From Desulfatiglandales bacterium (GTDB lineage: Bacteria; Desulfobacterota; DSM-4660; Desulfatiglandales; Desulfatiglandaceae): a DNA stretch of 64,000 nt. Under the pieces are notes generated by a model. The model had not been told where the DNA came from and ran no database searches. It was given only the letters and a program-made list of their open reading frames with translations. The stretch covers positions 5,312,001-5,376,000 of the forward strand of contig OY759599.1 in NCBI GenBank assembly GCA_963662465.1, given 5' to 3'. Position 1 is the first letter of the stretch. The number at the start of each line of letters is the position of its first letter. This document shows positions 45,180-54,113 of this stretch, one piece after another. A program made the position numbers and the translations under genes.

Positions 45180-45234
45180 GCACAACGCCAAAGCCTCACG
45201 ACCCTTCACATCCGTCGCAATTGCATTGTTATGC
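45180..45234 (-). other. attC-like site overlapping the higA stop
   Basis: Minus strand GCATAAC (contains the TAA stop)...GTTGTGC, 55 bp; inner pairing degenerate. Confidence 0.45.
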
Positions 45235-45564
45235 TCCGGCGCTATGCTGTAAACTATTGCCGGCATCTTTAATAGGGATAATTCGTCGTTTAATATCCGC
45301 CCAAATTTTATGTTTCATCATTCGCAGATCATATTCAGTTTGCAGATTTAGCCAAAACTGAGCTTCAACCCCAAAATACCGCTGTAGCCTCAAGGCTGTG
45401 TCAGCAGTAATGGACCTTTTTCCATTCACAATTTCACTTACCCTGTTGGGGGAAACTGAGAGTTCCCGAGAAAGCTGGTTAATGCTGATGTCTAATGGTT
45501 CTAGAAAATCCTCACGAAGGATTTCACCCGGTTTTATTGGGTCAAGATTTTTTTTTGCACTCAT
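45229..45564 (-). CDS. higA: HigA family antitoxin (HTH)
   Basis: PGEILREDFL, ITADTALRL, FWLNLQ. Confidence 0.93.
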   Translation of the reverse strand: MSAKKNLDPIKPGEILREDFLEPLDISINQLSRELSVSPNRVSEIVNGKRSITADTALRLQRYFGVEAQFWLNLQTEYDLRMMKHKIWADIKRRIIPIKDAGNSLQHSAGA

Positions 45565-45613
45565 AGGGACACCTCAGTGATAGTCCGTAATTTCAACATG
45601 GGTCGCATTACCG

Positions 45614-48346
45614 CTTATCGTTCGCGTTTTAAAAATAAGTTCTGCAAATTTTGCCGAGGAGGCAGGCAGCACTTACTTGGCGGAACAACATCTCCACGAT
45701 AAAATACGATATCAGAGGCATTGGTAGTACATCCCCGGTAAGGATACAGGCCCATAAGGGGAACAGGAACGAGCGCCTTGATAGATTGATTCGAAATTGT
45801 CGTAATTCATAGCTATTATTATTTTTTAATGGATTCAAAAACAATACGATAACATGCTGGAATAACGATGGACATTCACAGCTGTTTGTATTATATTAGT
45901 TTCCCAACATTACAACCACTTGAAATAACAGGGGAACTATATGAACCGACATGTGACGCATGTGTTCATTTTCGCATCAGTGTGTTTTTTGGTTTGGTTT
46001 TGCAGTTTTTCAAAGGTGCAGGCATCACCTGTTTCAGCAGGTACTGGAAATAATATAAATGCCGGTGCATCATCAAATCAACAAACTGGTCAATCTGAAA
46101 ATCAACCCAGACCTTTCGGTCAGAAGAATGATCGGCAGAAAATCCCAAAGCTTGAACGAAACAGGCTGGAAGAAGGTAAAAAATCAGCACCTGTAAGGAA
46201 ACGAAAAAAAAAGAAAAAATCAAATAAAACGAAAACTGCCAAGAAAAAGCGTGAGGGAACTCTATCATCGGATGATGATGCCTCTCACATTGCAAACAAA
46301 AGGAAAAAGGTCAAAAAGATTAACGTTACAGCAGAAAGAGTTGACGATATACCCCTATTGATAAAGGCCATGGTGAAAATGGGTATACAAGAAGCTATAG
46401 ACCAACACATCCCAGTTCAAAAGAACCAAAGAGATTTGAGCTGGGGATGGACGGCTGTTATATGGTTGGCATATATGTTATCGGAGGGAGACCATCGCAA
46501 AGTAGTCGTCCGGGAATATGTATCTGGAATGCGGCATACCTTAATCGAATTAACAGGATTGATAATCTCCGAAAATGATTTCACAGACGATCGTTTAGCG
46601 AATCTTGCCAGGTATTTAAGCGATAACGATATTTGGAGCAAAGTTGAAGAGAGAATAAGTGGCAATACGATTGAAGCATATGAGTTGCCGGAAGAAACTG
46701 TCAGGGTTGATGCTACGACTGTATCCGGCTACCACAAAACAGTTGAAGGTGGGATATTCCAATTTGGTGTTAGTAAAGACGACCCCAATAGACCGCAAAT
46801 AAAAATCATGACGGGTTCGCTGGATCCTCTTGGGATGCCGTTAGCCACGGATGTTGTTCCAGGGCAAATGGCCGATGACAAATTGTATGCACCTATCATA
46901 AGTCGCATTCACTCTATGCTCCAGAAACAAGGTGTCCTTTATGTGGGCGATTGCAAACTGAGTTCTCTTGAAAATCGTTTACACATTAAGGAAAAAGCGG
47001 AAGGACATTACTTATGTCCATTGCCTAATACTGGGAAAACCCCAGAATATATGGAGAAATGGATAGATGAAGGAAATTTGAAAGACAAAAAGAACGAGTT
47101 GATAAAGTACATCGTCCAAGACGATAAAGGTCAAGAGGAACTGAAAGCAAAAGGGTATGAGATAGAGCGTAACCAATCTGGTGAAATAAATGGAAAAGTG
47201 CTGAAATGGAAGGAACGCGTATTGATTGTAAAATCACCAGCGTATGAAAAGCAAAAAGAACTGGGATTGGAACGACGGCTTAAAAGCGCCGAGGAAAAAT
47301 TATATGCTCTGACACCACCAAGAGGCCCGGGGAAAAGGCAGATCAAAGAAAGAGAAAAATTAATAGAATCAGCAAAATCGATTTTGAAAAAACATAGGGT
47401 GAAAGATTTCCTTAAATATGAATATGTGCGGGAAGTAGAAAGTAAAACGAAATATATTGGTAAAGGTAGAGGGAGTGTCAAAAGAGAAAAAGGTTGAAGA
47501 AAGAATACGTTATCAAATAACAAAAGTGACACGGATTAAGGAAGCAATAGATGCGGAGAAGAAGAAGTATGGGTGGAAGGCCTATGTTACAGATGTATCA
47601 AAGGAGCGACTTGATTTTATTGATGTAGTTAGGTCTTATCGAAAACAATACCGGGTTGAACGAATATTTAACCGACTGAAAAGTAGGCTAAACATCGCTC
47701 CATTTTACGTAAAAAGGGAAGATCAAGTTAAAGGAATAACGCATCTTCTGATGATAGGAGTCAGGGTAATTACTCTGGTTGAATTTGTTGTTCGCCGCTC
47801 ATTAGCAAGAAGCGACGAAAAGCTTGTTGGATTGCACCTGGGAAATCCCAAGAAAGCTACGAACAATCCAACGTGTGAGAAGCTATTAAATGCTTTCAGC
47901 AAAATTACATTAACGATAATTGAAACAGGAGATAGTGTGATAAGACATCTAACCCCACTTTCTCAATTGCAACGTGAAATTCTAAAACACTTTGGACTTA
48001 GCACTTCTATATACGATAATTTAGAAGTTATGCAATAGTAAAATATTATCGTCATAGTCCTTACAGGTTGTCACAATTGAAATACAGATTTTACGACAAT
48101 TTATATGATTGTTGGAGATATGGAACGATGGTGTTTTACGCACGATCCATTCCATTTTCTGCCCTATTGTGTTGTTCCAATATTCGACGTGTGTTGTTTT
48201 TCAGGCTTTACTAACCCATGGATGCATGTTGCTCAAAAAGACTCCTGGTAGGCTTTCCGGAAATAACTTTTCCCCCTGCCAAGAGAGGTACCCTCTACCA
48301 GATTTCGAAATTAATCGAAGTGCAAATTTAAAACGCGAACGATAAG
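45614..48346 (+). mobile_element. IS1634-family element (2733 bp)
   Basis: 20-bp IR CTTATCGTTCGCGTTTTAAA; 6-bp TSD TTACCG (45608-13, 48347-52). Confidence 0.92.
45941..48038 (+). pseudogene. IS1634 family transposase, frameshifted near 47490
   Basis: ERVDDIPLL, RVDATT, FGVSKD, YVGDCK, YRKQYRVERIF split across two frames at an A5 run. Confidence 0.85.
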
Positions 48347-48639
48347 TTACCGTCATTCCATTCGAAACATACGCGCCACTGCTTATTGATAGTGATAGCA
48401 TATTGCCCTTTTCGATCCTCAGAAAGAGCATGAAATTTGTTTCTTGGGTTAAGCATCAACGCTTTTATGCTGGGGGCGGCATGAAGAACCATTAAGCGTT
48501 TTCTTGCCTGCCTTTCAAAGACTTGAAAGCGGCGTACCCGCTGATCATTAAATAGTTTTTCAGTATCTCGGCAGGCAAATGATCTAATCATGCCTAAAAT
48601 GTATTACGCAAGGCGTAATATGTCAATGTAATGCGTGGA

Positions 48640-48830
48640 ATCCCAGCAAAGAGGTTGCGAAGGGTGGAGACCATCAGCGTTTTGCCGAAGCGGCGGGGGA
48701 GGGCCATGAAGTAGTAGCGGCCCTCCTCCAGCATTCGGAGAATCCAGGGGGTCTTGTCCACATACAAAAACCCCTCACTGCGAATGATCTCAAAGGATTG
48801 CAGGTCAATGGGCAGTTTGAGAGGGGGCAT
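48640..48830 (-). pseudogene. N-terminal fragment of an AAA-ATPase-like protein, copy 1
   Basis: LPIDLQSFEIIR..YVDKT..PRRFGKTL; 48679-48851 repeats at 53922-54094. Confidence 0.8.
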
Positions 48831-49052
48831 TTGGCTGAATCTCCTTAAAAAACAAAGGGCTTTTTGAATTTCTTTCAGGATGCTTTAACGGGCCGTCAAT
48901 TGTCAAACAAAAAACAAATAATGGTGGGCGAAGTTAGAACCAAGACCCAAAATCCAATGACGCACCGCATTTCTCTTGCTCCTGAAACCCTTTTATTCTA
49001 TACTTTCCATAAAAAAAACGAAGTTTTAGCGCTTCGTCAATATTGTATCATA

Positions 49053-49179
49053 GTGCCTGAACGAAAACCTCTAAACATCGTTTTCCAATTTTCGTTAGAG
49101 ATTTACAACTAGATGATATGGTTTCGCTTTTTCACTTAAAACTTAAAACCGTGCCTGAACGGCTTTTTCGTTCAGGCAC
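49053..49179. mobile_element. MITE (127 bp)
   Basis: IR GTGCCTGAACGAAAA / TTTTCGTTCAGGCAC with flanking direct repeat TATCATA on both sides. Confidence 0.8.
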
Positions 49180-49201
49180 TATCATAGGATAGGAATTCAG
49201 C

Positions 49202-49567
49202 ATGGACGGGCTAGGTTTGACATCGGATACTGACGGCAAAGACAAGCCGGCGTCAGAGGGATTGCCGCACAATCTTCGAACTTTTTTCTGGGATGTGGAT
49301 ACTGGCAGACTCTCCATTACCGGGTCGGCCCATTTTATCATCGGCCGTTTGATGGAACATGGCGATGAAGACGCGGTGAGATTCCTCTTTAAAAGTTACA
49401 GCCGTGATGAACTGGTCCAGGTTTTGAGAAAGAACAGGACCATTTCAAGGCGTTCACATGTTTTCTGGCGCCTTTTCCTTGGAATCGAAGAAAAATCATG
49501 TACACTGAAACGATATCCAACGCCTTATGGCAACTGCTCAAACGCCTCGATGGATTCCCGGAGTTAA
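49202..49567 (+). CDS. DUF6922-like putative antitoxin
   Basis: FFWDVD...FIIGRLMEHGD; upstream of a nucleotidyltransferase. Confidence 0.7.
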   Translation: MDGLGLTSDTDGKDKPASEGLPHNLRTFFWDVDTGRLSITGSAHFIIGRLMEHGDEDAVRFLFKSYSRDELVQVLRKNRTISRRSHVFWRLFLGIEEKSCTLKRYPTPYGNCSNASMDSRS

Positions 49568-50142
49568 AAATCGCGTATCTGGGGGGTGGAACAGCTCTGG
49601 CGCTTCAATTGGGACATCGCCGTTCTGATGATCTCGACTTTTTCCTTCCGGAAGACTTTAATATACAGACTCTGCTGCGAGAGTTCGGAAAACAGGACAT
49701 GACAATCACGGTTCTCGCTCAGACATCACGCCACACGGAACTTATCGTTCAGTCCTTAAAAGTCGATCTCATCGAAGAGCAGATCCCCCTGACGCGCCCG
49801 GCTCGATTGATCCATCGGGAAATCAGGAATCTGAATATGGCGGATGCCGTGGATATTGGGCGTATGAAACTTCTGACCATCGGGAGCAGGGGCGGCAGGA
49901 AGGATTTTGTCGACCTTTTCTGTCTTACGAGAGACATAATTTCTCTAAAGTCTCTGATCGCCTTGTCCATTGAAGAAAACCGGGGCATCAGGTACAGCAA
50001 ACTATTGTTCTTAAAGGGCCTCGTGGATTTTGAAACGGCCGACCTGGAACCGGATCCTGTCATGATCTGGGAAATAGACTGGGATACTGTGAAAAAAACC
50101 CTGATCGCTGAGGTAAAACAAATCGCCGGTGAGATTTGTTAA
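49498..50142 (+). CDS. AbiEii/AbiGii-type nucleotidyltransferase toxin
   Basis: YLGGGTALALQLGHRRSDDLDFF, K...SRGGRKDFVDL. Confidence 0.88.
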   Translation: MYTETISNALWQLLKRLDGFPELKIAYLGGGTALALQLGHRRSDDLDFFLPEDFNIQTLLREFGKQDMTITVLAQTSRHTELIVQSLKVDLIEEQIPLTRPARLIHREIRNLNMADAVDIGRMKLLTIGSRGGRKDFVDLFCLTRDIISLKSLIALSIEENRGIRYSKLLFLKGLVDFETADLEPDPVMIWEIDWDTVKKTLIAEVKQIAGEIC

Positions 50143-50213
50143 TCCACTTTGATCCAAAATATTGCATGAGCGCGTTTTCTGAGAAATGCAAAGGCGTCTT
50201 TGCGGGACATTTC

Positions 50214-50280
50214 AGATAGCCGGTTTGAAACAGCAGGGCCCCCACGCCCAAACGCTCTAGGTCGTACACACTGAAAAGGG
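50214..50280 (-). pseudogene. internal fragment of an AAA-ATPase-like protein
   Basis: FSVYDLERLGVGALLFQTGYL. Confidence 0.6.
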
Positions 50281-50298
50281 ATTGTAAACCTGTTATAT

Positions 50299-50757
50299 TT
50301 AGAAAGACAACATCCTATCCCCACCGATCACACCCTCCACCGTCTCCGGGCGGTTTTTTTGTTTGGTGGATCGTTCTTCTAAATATTGTTCCGCAGCATC
50401 TACCAACAACTGAGATCTTTTCATTCCGGCGCTTGTCCTGTATTCATCTACTCGAACCAACAGTTTTTCCGGGAAAATCACATTAAATCGTTTGGTCTTT
50501 GTATATTTCTTTTTGATAGATTCATTCACCGGAATCGGTATGATTTCAGATTCCGGATTTTCGCTCTGCAACTTTTCACGAGACGATTTTTGATGTACCA
50601 CTGTCTCCTGTTCAGATAAACATGCAGCCAAAGCATCAACCCCCATTTTATAGGCTTCATCCCAGGTTTTACCGAAGGTCTCACAGATTTCCACATCTGG
50701 AATTGAGACTAAGACATTATCATCTTCTTTTGTGAAGACAGCGTAAAAAAACTCCAT
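50299..50757 (-). CDS. hicB: HicB family antitoxin with RHH domain
   Basis: VSIPDVEICETFGKTWDEAYKMGVDAL, KRFNVIFPEKLL. Confidence 0.88.
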   Translation of the reverse strand: MEFFYAVFTKEDDNVLVSIPDVEICETFGKTWDEAYKMGVDALAACLSEQETVVHQKSSREKLQSENPESEIIPIPVNESIKKKYTKTKRFNVIFPEKLLVRVDEYRTSAGMKRSQLLVDAAEQYLEERSTKQKNRPETVEGVIGGDRMLSF

Positions 50758-50950
50758 TTTTGCCTCCTTTTTTATTCTTTAATTCCGGCTCGTTTCAAAA
50801 TATTGTTTACCGTTATATAATAAAAAACCAACAGGTTACACTCCCCATTACAGCATAAATAAATATTTTTCAATAGCTATCGAAAAAAGAAACCTCCTGT
50901 TAAGATGAAGTCGCTTTCCAAACAACTTTAACTTAAAAAGGAGGTTTCAA

Positions 50951-52237
50951 ATGGACGGTGTAGATACTACCAGGCTGGAGCGTTTTCGTCAATTGAGGAA
51001 GGAAATCCGTGGATCCAAGGAACATTTGATTGTAGGCATTGACGTGGCCAAGGATAATCATCATGCTTTTTTGGGGACAGCCAGGGGAAAAACACTTCTG
51101 AAGCGGTTGGTTTTTAACAACAATTTTCAGGGGTATGAGAAATTGTTCACATACGTTGATGCTACCAAAGTTAAGAATAACCTGAATAAAGTGGTCTTTG
51201 GTCTTGAACCGACCGCCAATTACCACAAACCTCTGGGCGAACATTTGATCAAATGCGGTTTTGATGTGGTGCTTGTGGCAGGCACGGCCGTGAAGAAAAA
51301 CCGTGAATTACTGGATGGGCGCTGGGATAAGCATGATACGAAGGATGCGGCCAATGTAGCGGATTTGGTTTCCCAAGGCAAATGTCTGTTTTACGAATAT
51401 CCGATCATGCCGATTCGTGAACTGCGAAATCTCCTGTCTTTTAAACGTCGGCTGAAAAAACAGGAACATGGGGCCAGAGTACGGATTCGGAATCATTTGC
51501 TTGCTCAGTATTTTCCTGAATTGGATCCTTATTTTTCCCGGATATCAGGCTGTAGCCTTAGCGTTGTGAAATGGTGTCTGGAACCTTCTTTGATTGCAGG
51601 ACTGGAGTACGAAGAGTTCCTTAGGTTGGTCGCACCCGGTAAACGTACGGTAAGACAACTGGAGTACGTGAAGCAGATTTGGGAAAAGGCATTTGAATCC
51701 ATCGGATGTAATGCCGGGGGAACCGTTCAGTTTGAGGCAAAAATGATGGTGGAAGAACTTGAACATGTTCGGGAATCAATTTTGGAAGTCGAAGAAAAGA
51801 TTGAAGAAATTTGCTTGGCTTTTTCTGAATACAAACATCTTCTCACCATACCTGGTTTTGGAAAAGATATTTCATCGAAGGTTTTGGGCGCTATCGGCAA
51901 CCCATTTCGGTTTGATAATGCAAAACAGGTGGTAAAACTGTCAGGGTGGGACCTGAATGCAAACCGTAGCGGAAAAAGTTCAGCGGGTGCTACGGCCGTA
52001 ATTTCTAAAAAAGGCAAAGCCGACCTGCGCTATGCGTTGTACCAGGCGGCCCTGGTTGCTTCATCTAGAAACCAACACTTTGTTGCATACTTTACGGAAA
52101 AACTCCGGGGAAGATCCCGCGAACGGGGCATCAAGACAAAAATGAGAGTGAAACTGGCGGCTAAACTTCTGGTAATCGCGTGGACCTTAATGAAAAAGCA
52201 GGAACCGTTCAATCCTGAATATTTGAAAGTAACATGA
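50951..52237 (+). CDS. IS110 family transposase (bridge recombinase)
   Basis: DEDD: GIDVAK, LEPTANYH, KHDTKDA; TIPGFG; RSGK serine motif; AGGAGG RBS; intact. Confidence 0.95.
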   Translation: MDGVDTTRLERFRQLRKEIRGSKEHLIVGIDVAKDNHHAFLGTARGKTLLKRLVFNNNFQGYEKLFTYVDATKVKNNLNKVVFGLEPTANYHKPLGEHLIKCGFDVVLVAGTAVKKNRELLDGRWDKHDTKDAANVADLVSQGKCLFYEYPIMPIRELRNLLSFKRRLKKQEHGARVRIRNHLLAQYFPELDPYFSRISGCSLSVVKWCLEPSLIAGLEYEEFLRLVAPGKRTVRQLEYVKQIWEKAFESIGCNAGGTVQFEAKMMVEELEHVRESILEVEEKIEEICLAFSEYKHLLTIPGFGKDISSKVLGAIGNPFRFDNAKQVVKLSGWDLNANRSGKSSAGATAVISKKGKADLRYALYQAALVASSRNQHFVAYFTEKLRGRSRERGIKTKMRVKLAAKLLVIAWTLMKKQEPFNPEYLKVT

Positions 52238-52380
52238 TAGAAGCCAAATCAGCCAAGAACCTCCGGTAAAGCCGGGGGTTTACTCAGAATAATGTCCACA
52301 CTATCAGGAAGTGGGGGCATGGAGACGGCAGTCAAACGACATCATTGCACAATGAGCAACATAAGACAGCCGGAGTTGAA

Positions 52381-53316
52381 ATGGATGAACTTGAACGATT
52401 TAAAAAAGAAATTAGCCTGATGGAATATGCACCGGCCCACGATTACACTGAGCTTGACCGTAGCCAGTCCAGCAAGACATGTGTAGTACTCAGGCGCGAG
52501 GCTGATGACGGCAAAATCGCAGTGAGCCGGGGCTATGATGGGCATTGGGTTTACTATGATTTCAGGCGTGGCAAAGGTGGTTCAATCCTTGACTTTGTAA
52601 TGCAGCATACCGGCTGCAATCTTGGCCAAACAAGAAAAGAGCTGAGAAAAGCGTTATGCAGCAACGTTAATTCTTTTTCCCATACTGCCCCTTTACCTAA
52701 TCCTCGATCAGCCACCAAGAACCGGCAAAAAGTGGCGTGGGAATATGCTGACACCACGCCCATTACAAGGCATCATGATTACTTGGAAAGCCGGGGGATT
52801 GGCCTTGAAGGCATTTTGGCTGGTCGGTTTGCCGGCGCCGTAAGAGTTGATCGGTATCGGAATGTTTGTTTTCCGTATTTTGATTTTAAGGGGATAGCGG
52901 GTATTGAAAGGCGGAATCATAATTTCAAATGTTACACGAAAGGAGGCAGTAAAGGGTTGTGGAGGAGTACGCTGATAGAGGGTGACTCAAAGGCCGTGAT
53001 TTGTGAAGCTCCAATTGACGCACTTTCCCATAGCAAACTGCGCCATGATAGCAACGACCGAACCAGGTATTTTGCAATCGGCGGCCAGATTAGCTATTTT
53101 CAATGGGAGTTGATTGATGGTCTGATAAAGAAATACAGTTCCGAAAAAATGGATATTTTTCTTGCATTTGACAACGACCCAGCCGGAAGAAAATATATCC
53201 GACAATTCCAGGAGCGTTATTCAGGGGTGTCATTTACGTTAGATTTGCCGCCCCAGGAAGGTCAGGACTGGAATGATGTTCTTCAGAGCAAACAACCAAT
53301 CGAGGGAAAATCTTGA
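52381..53316 (+). CDS. DUF3991/TOPRIM domain protein (primase-like)
   Basis: MDELERFKKEISL, GGSILDFV, YLESRGI; TOPRIM ICEAPIDALS and AFDNDPAG. Confidence 0.8.
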   Translation: MDELERFKKEISLMEYAPAHDYTELDRSQSSKTCVVLRREADDGKIAVSRGYDGHWVYYDFRRGKGGSILDFVMQHTGCNLGQTRKELRKALCSNVNSFSHTAPLPNPRSATKNRQKVAWEYADTTPITRHHDYLESRGIGLEGILAGRFAGAVRVDRYRNVCFPYFDFKGIAGIERRNHNFKCYTKGGSKGLWRSTLIEGDSKAVICEAPIDALSHSKLRHDSNDRTRYFAIGGQISYFQWELIDGLIKKYSSEKMDIFLAFDNDPAGRKYIRQFQERYSGVSFTLDLPPQEGQDWNDVLQSKQPIEGKS

Positions 53317-53372
53317 TTATTTTCTGAAGGGAAATGCAGTTGTTGTTTTACATATAAAAGCATGCAAGTTTA

Positions 53373-53532
53373 TCAGTGAGAGAGCTCGATGACTAACGTT
53401 GGGACCATTTTGGATCTCGTAGGGGACAATACTGGGCCTCTCACTGAACTTTACAACCTGGATAAGGGATGATAGGTGGCCGCCCAGCAGGGCGAGCATG
53501 CCGGATAAACGTAACGATAAGGTGTAGAGTTC
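53373..53532 (+). ncRNA. predicted bridge/seek RNA of the IS110 element
   Basis: Two consecutive stem-loops with large internal loops; loop 1 holds TGACTAACGT and AGGGGAC matching the target flanks; loop 2 holds GGATG and TAAC matching the circle junction. Confidence 0.72.
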
Positions 53533-53921
53533 ATAAAAGGTGAGAAACTCACTGAAAACTGCAAAAAGTCCGCAACGGACTTAATGCTGAATTGTGCAAA
53601 AAATTTTGGACATAGCGTAACTACCTGTTATTACAGGGTTTGCAGTTTTTTGAAGTTTTTTCTTGACAGGAGCATTATAGGATGTCCCCTTTGGGATGTC
53701 GGCAGCTTGCCTGGGGATTGGTATTGTTTGTCCGTTTTTTCCCCAAATTTCGTGACGGCCTTCTCGGAGGAAGTTCCACCCGGATGCGCTCAAGAGTTTG
53801 AGTAGTTCCCGCTTTGTCATTTCCGTCCCCCCGCAGTTGAAGTTGGAAGTATTGTAGTGTGTAATTGGGTATCAATCAAACGAAAAATACACAATTACAC
53901 ATTTTGCAAGACAATTTCCCA

Positions 53922-54073
53922 GTTTTGCCGAAGCGGCGGGGATGGGCCATGAAGTAGTAGCGGCCCTCCTCCAGCATTCGGAGAATCCAGGGGGTCTTGT
54001 CCACATACAAAAACCCCTCACGGCGAATGATCTCAAAGGATTACAGGTCAATGGGCAGTTTGAGAGGGGGCAT
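53922..54073 (-). pseudogene. N-terminal fragment of an AAA-ATPase-like protein, copy 2
   Basis: Near-identical to 48679-48830. Confidence 0.8.
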
Positions 54074-54113
54074 TTGGCTGAATCTCCTTAAAAATACTTC
54101 CCGGATACCCCAC

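Larger units (their letters stand above)
45574..48591 (-). pseudogene. higB: HigB toxin split by an IS1634-family element
   Basis: N-part MIRSFAC...WRVCFEWNDGN (48347-48591) rejoins ATHVEITDYH* (45574-45607) when the IS and one TSD are removed. Confidence 0.92.
50812..53685 (+). mobile_element. IS110/IS1111-type element with cargo gene
   Basis: Boundaries set by the split hicA; GT core at both ends (50812-13, 53684-85); subterminal TATAAT/ATTATA; no long TSD. Confidence 0.88.
50772..53820 (-). pseudogene. hicA: HicA toxin split by the IS110 element
   Basis: MTKRELLKLL..REGRHEIW..DIPKG (53684-53820) plus TVNNILKRAGIKE* (50772-50813) rejoin in frame to 58 aa. Confidence 0.92.

Noticed and set aside
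47478..47500. Programmed -1 frameshift in the IS1634 transposase
   Set aside because: The run is A5G rather than A6G and no stimulatory hairpin is evident; a single-base loss or sequencing error is simpler
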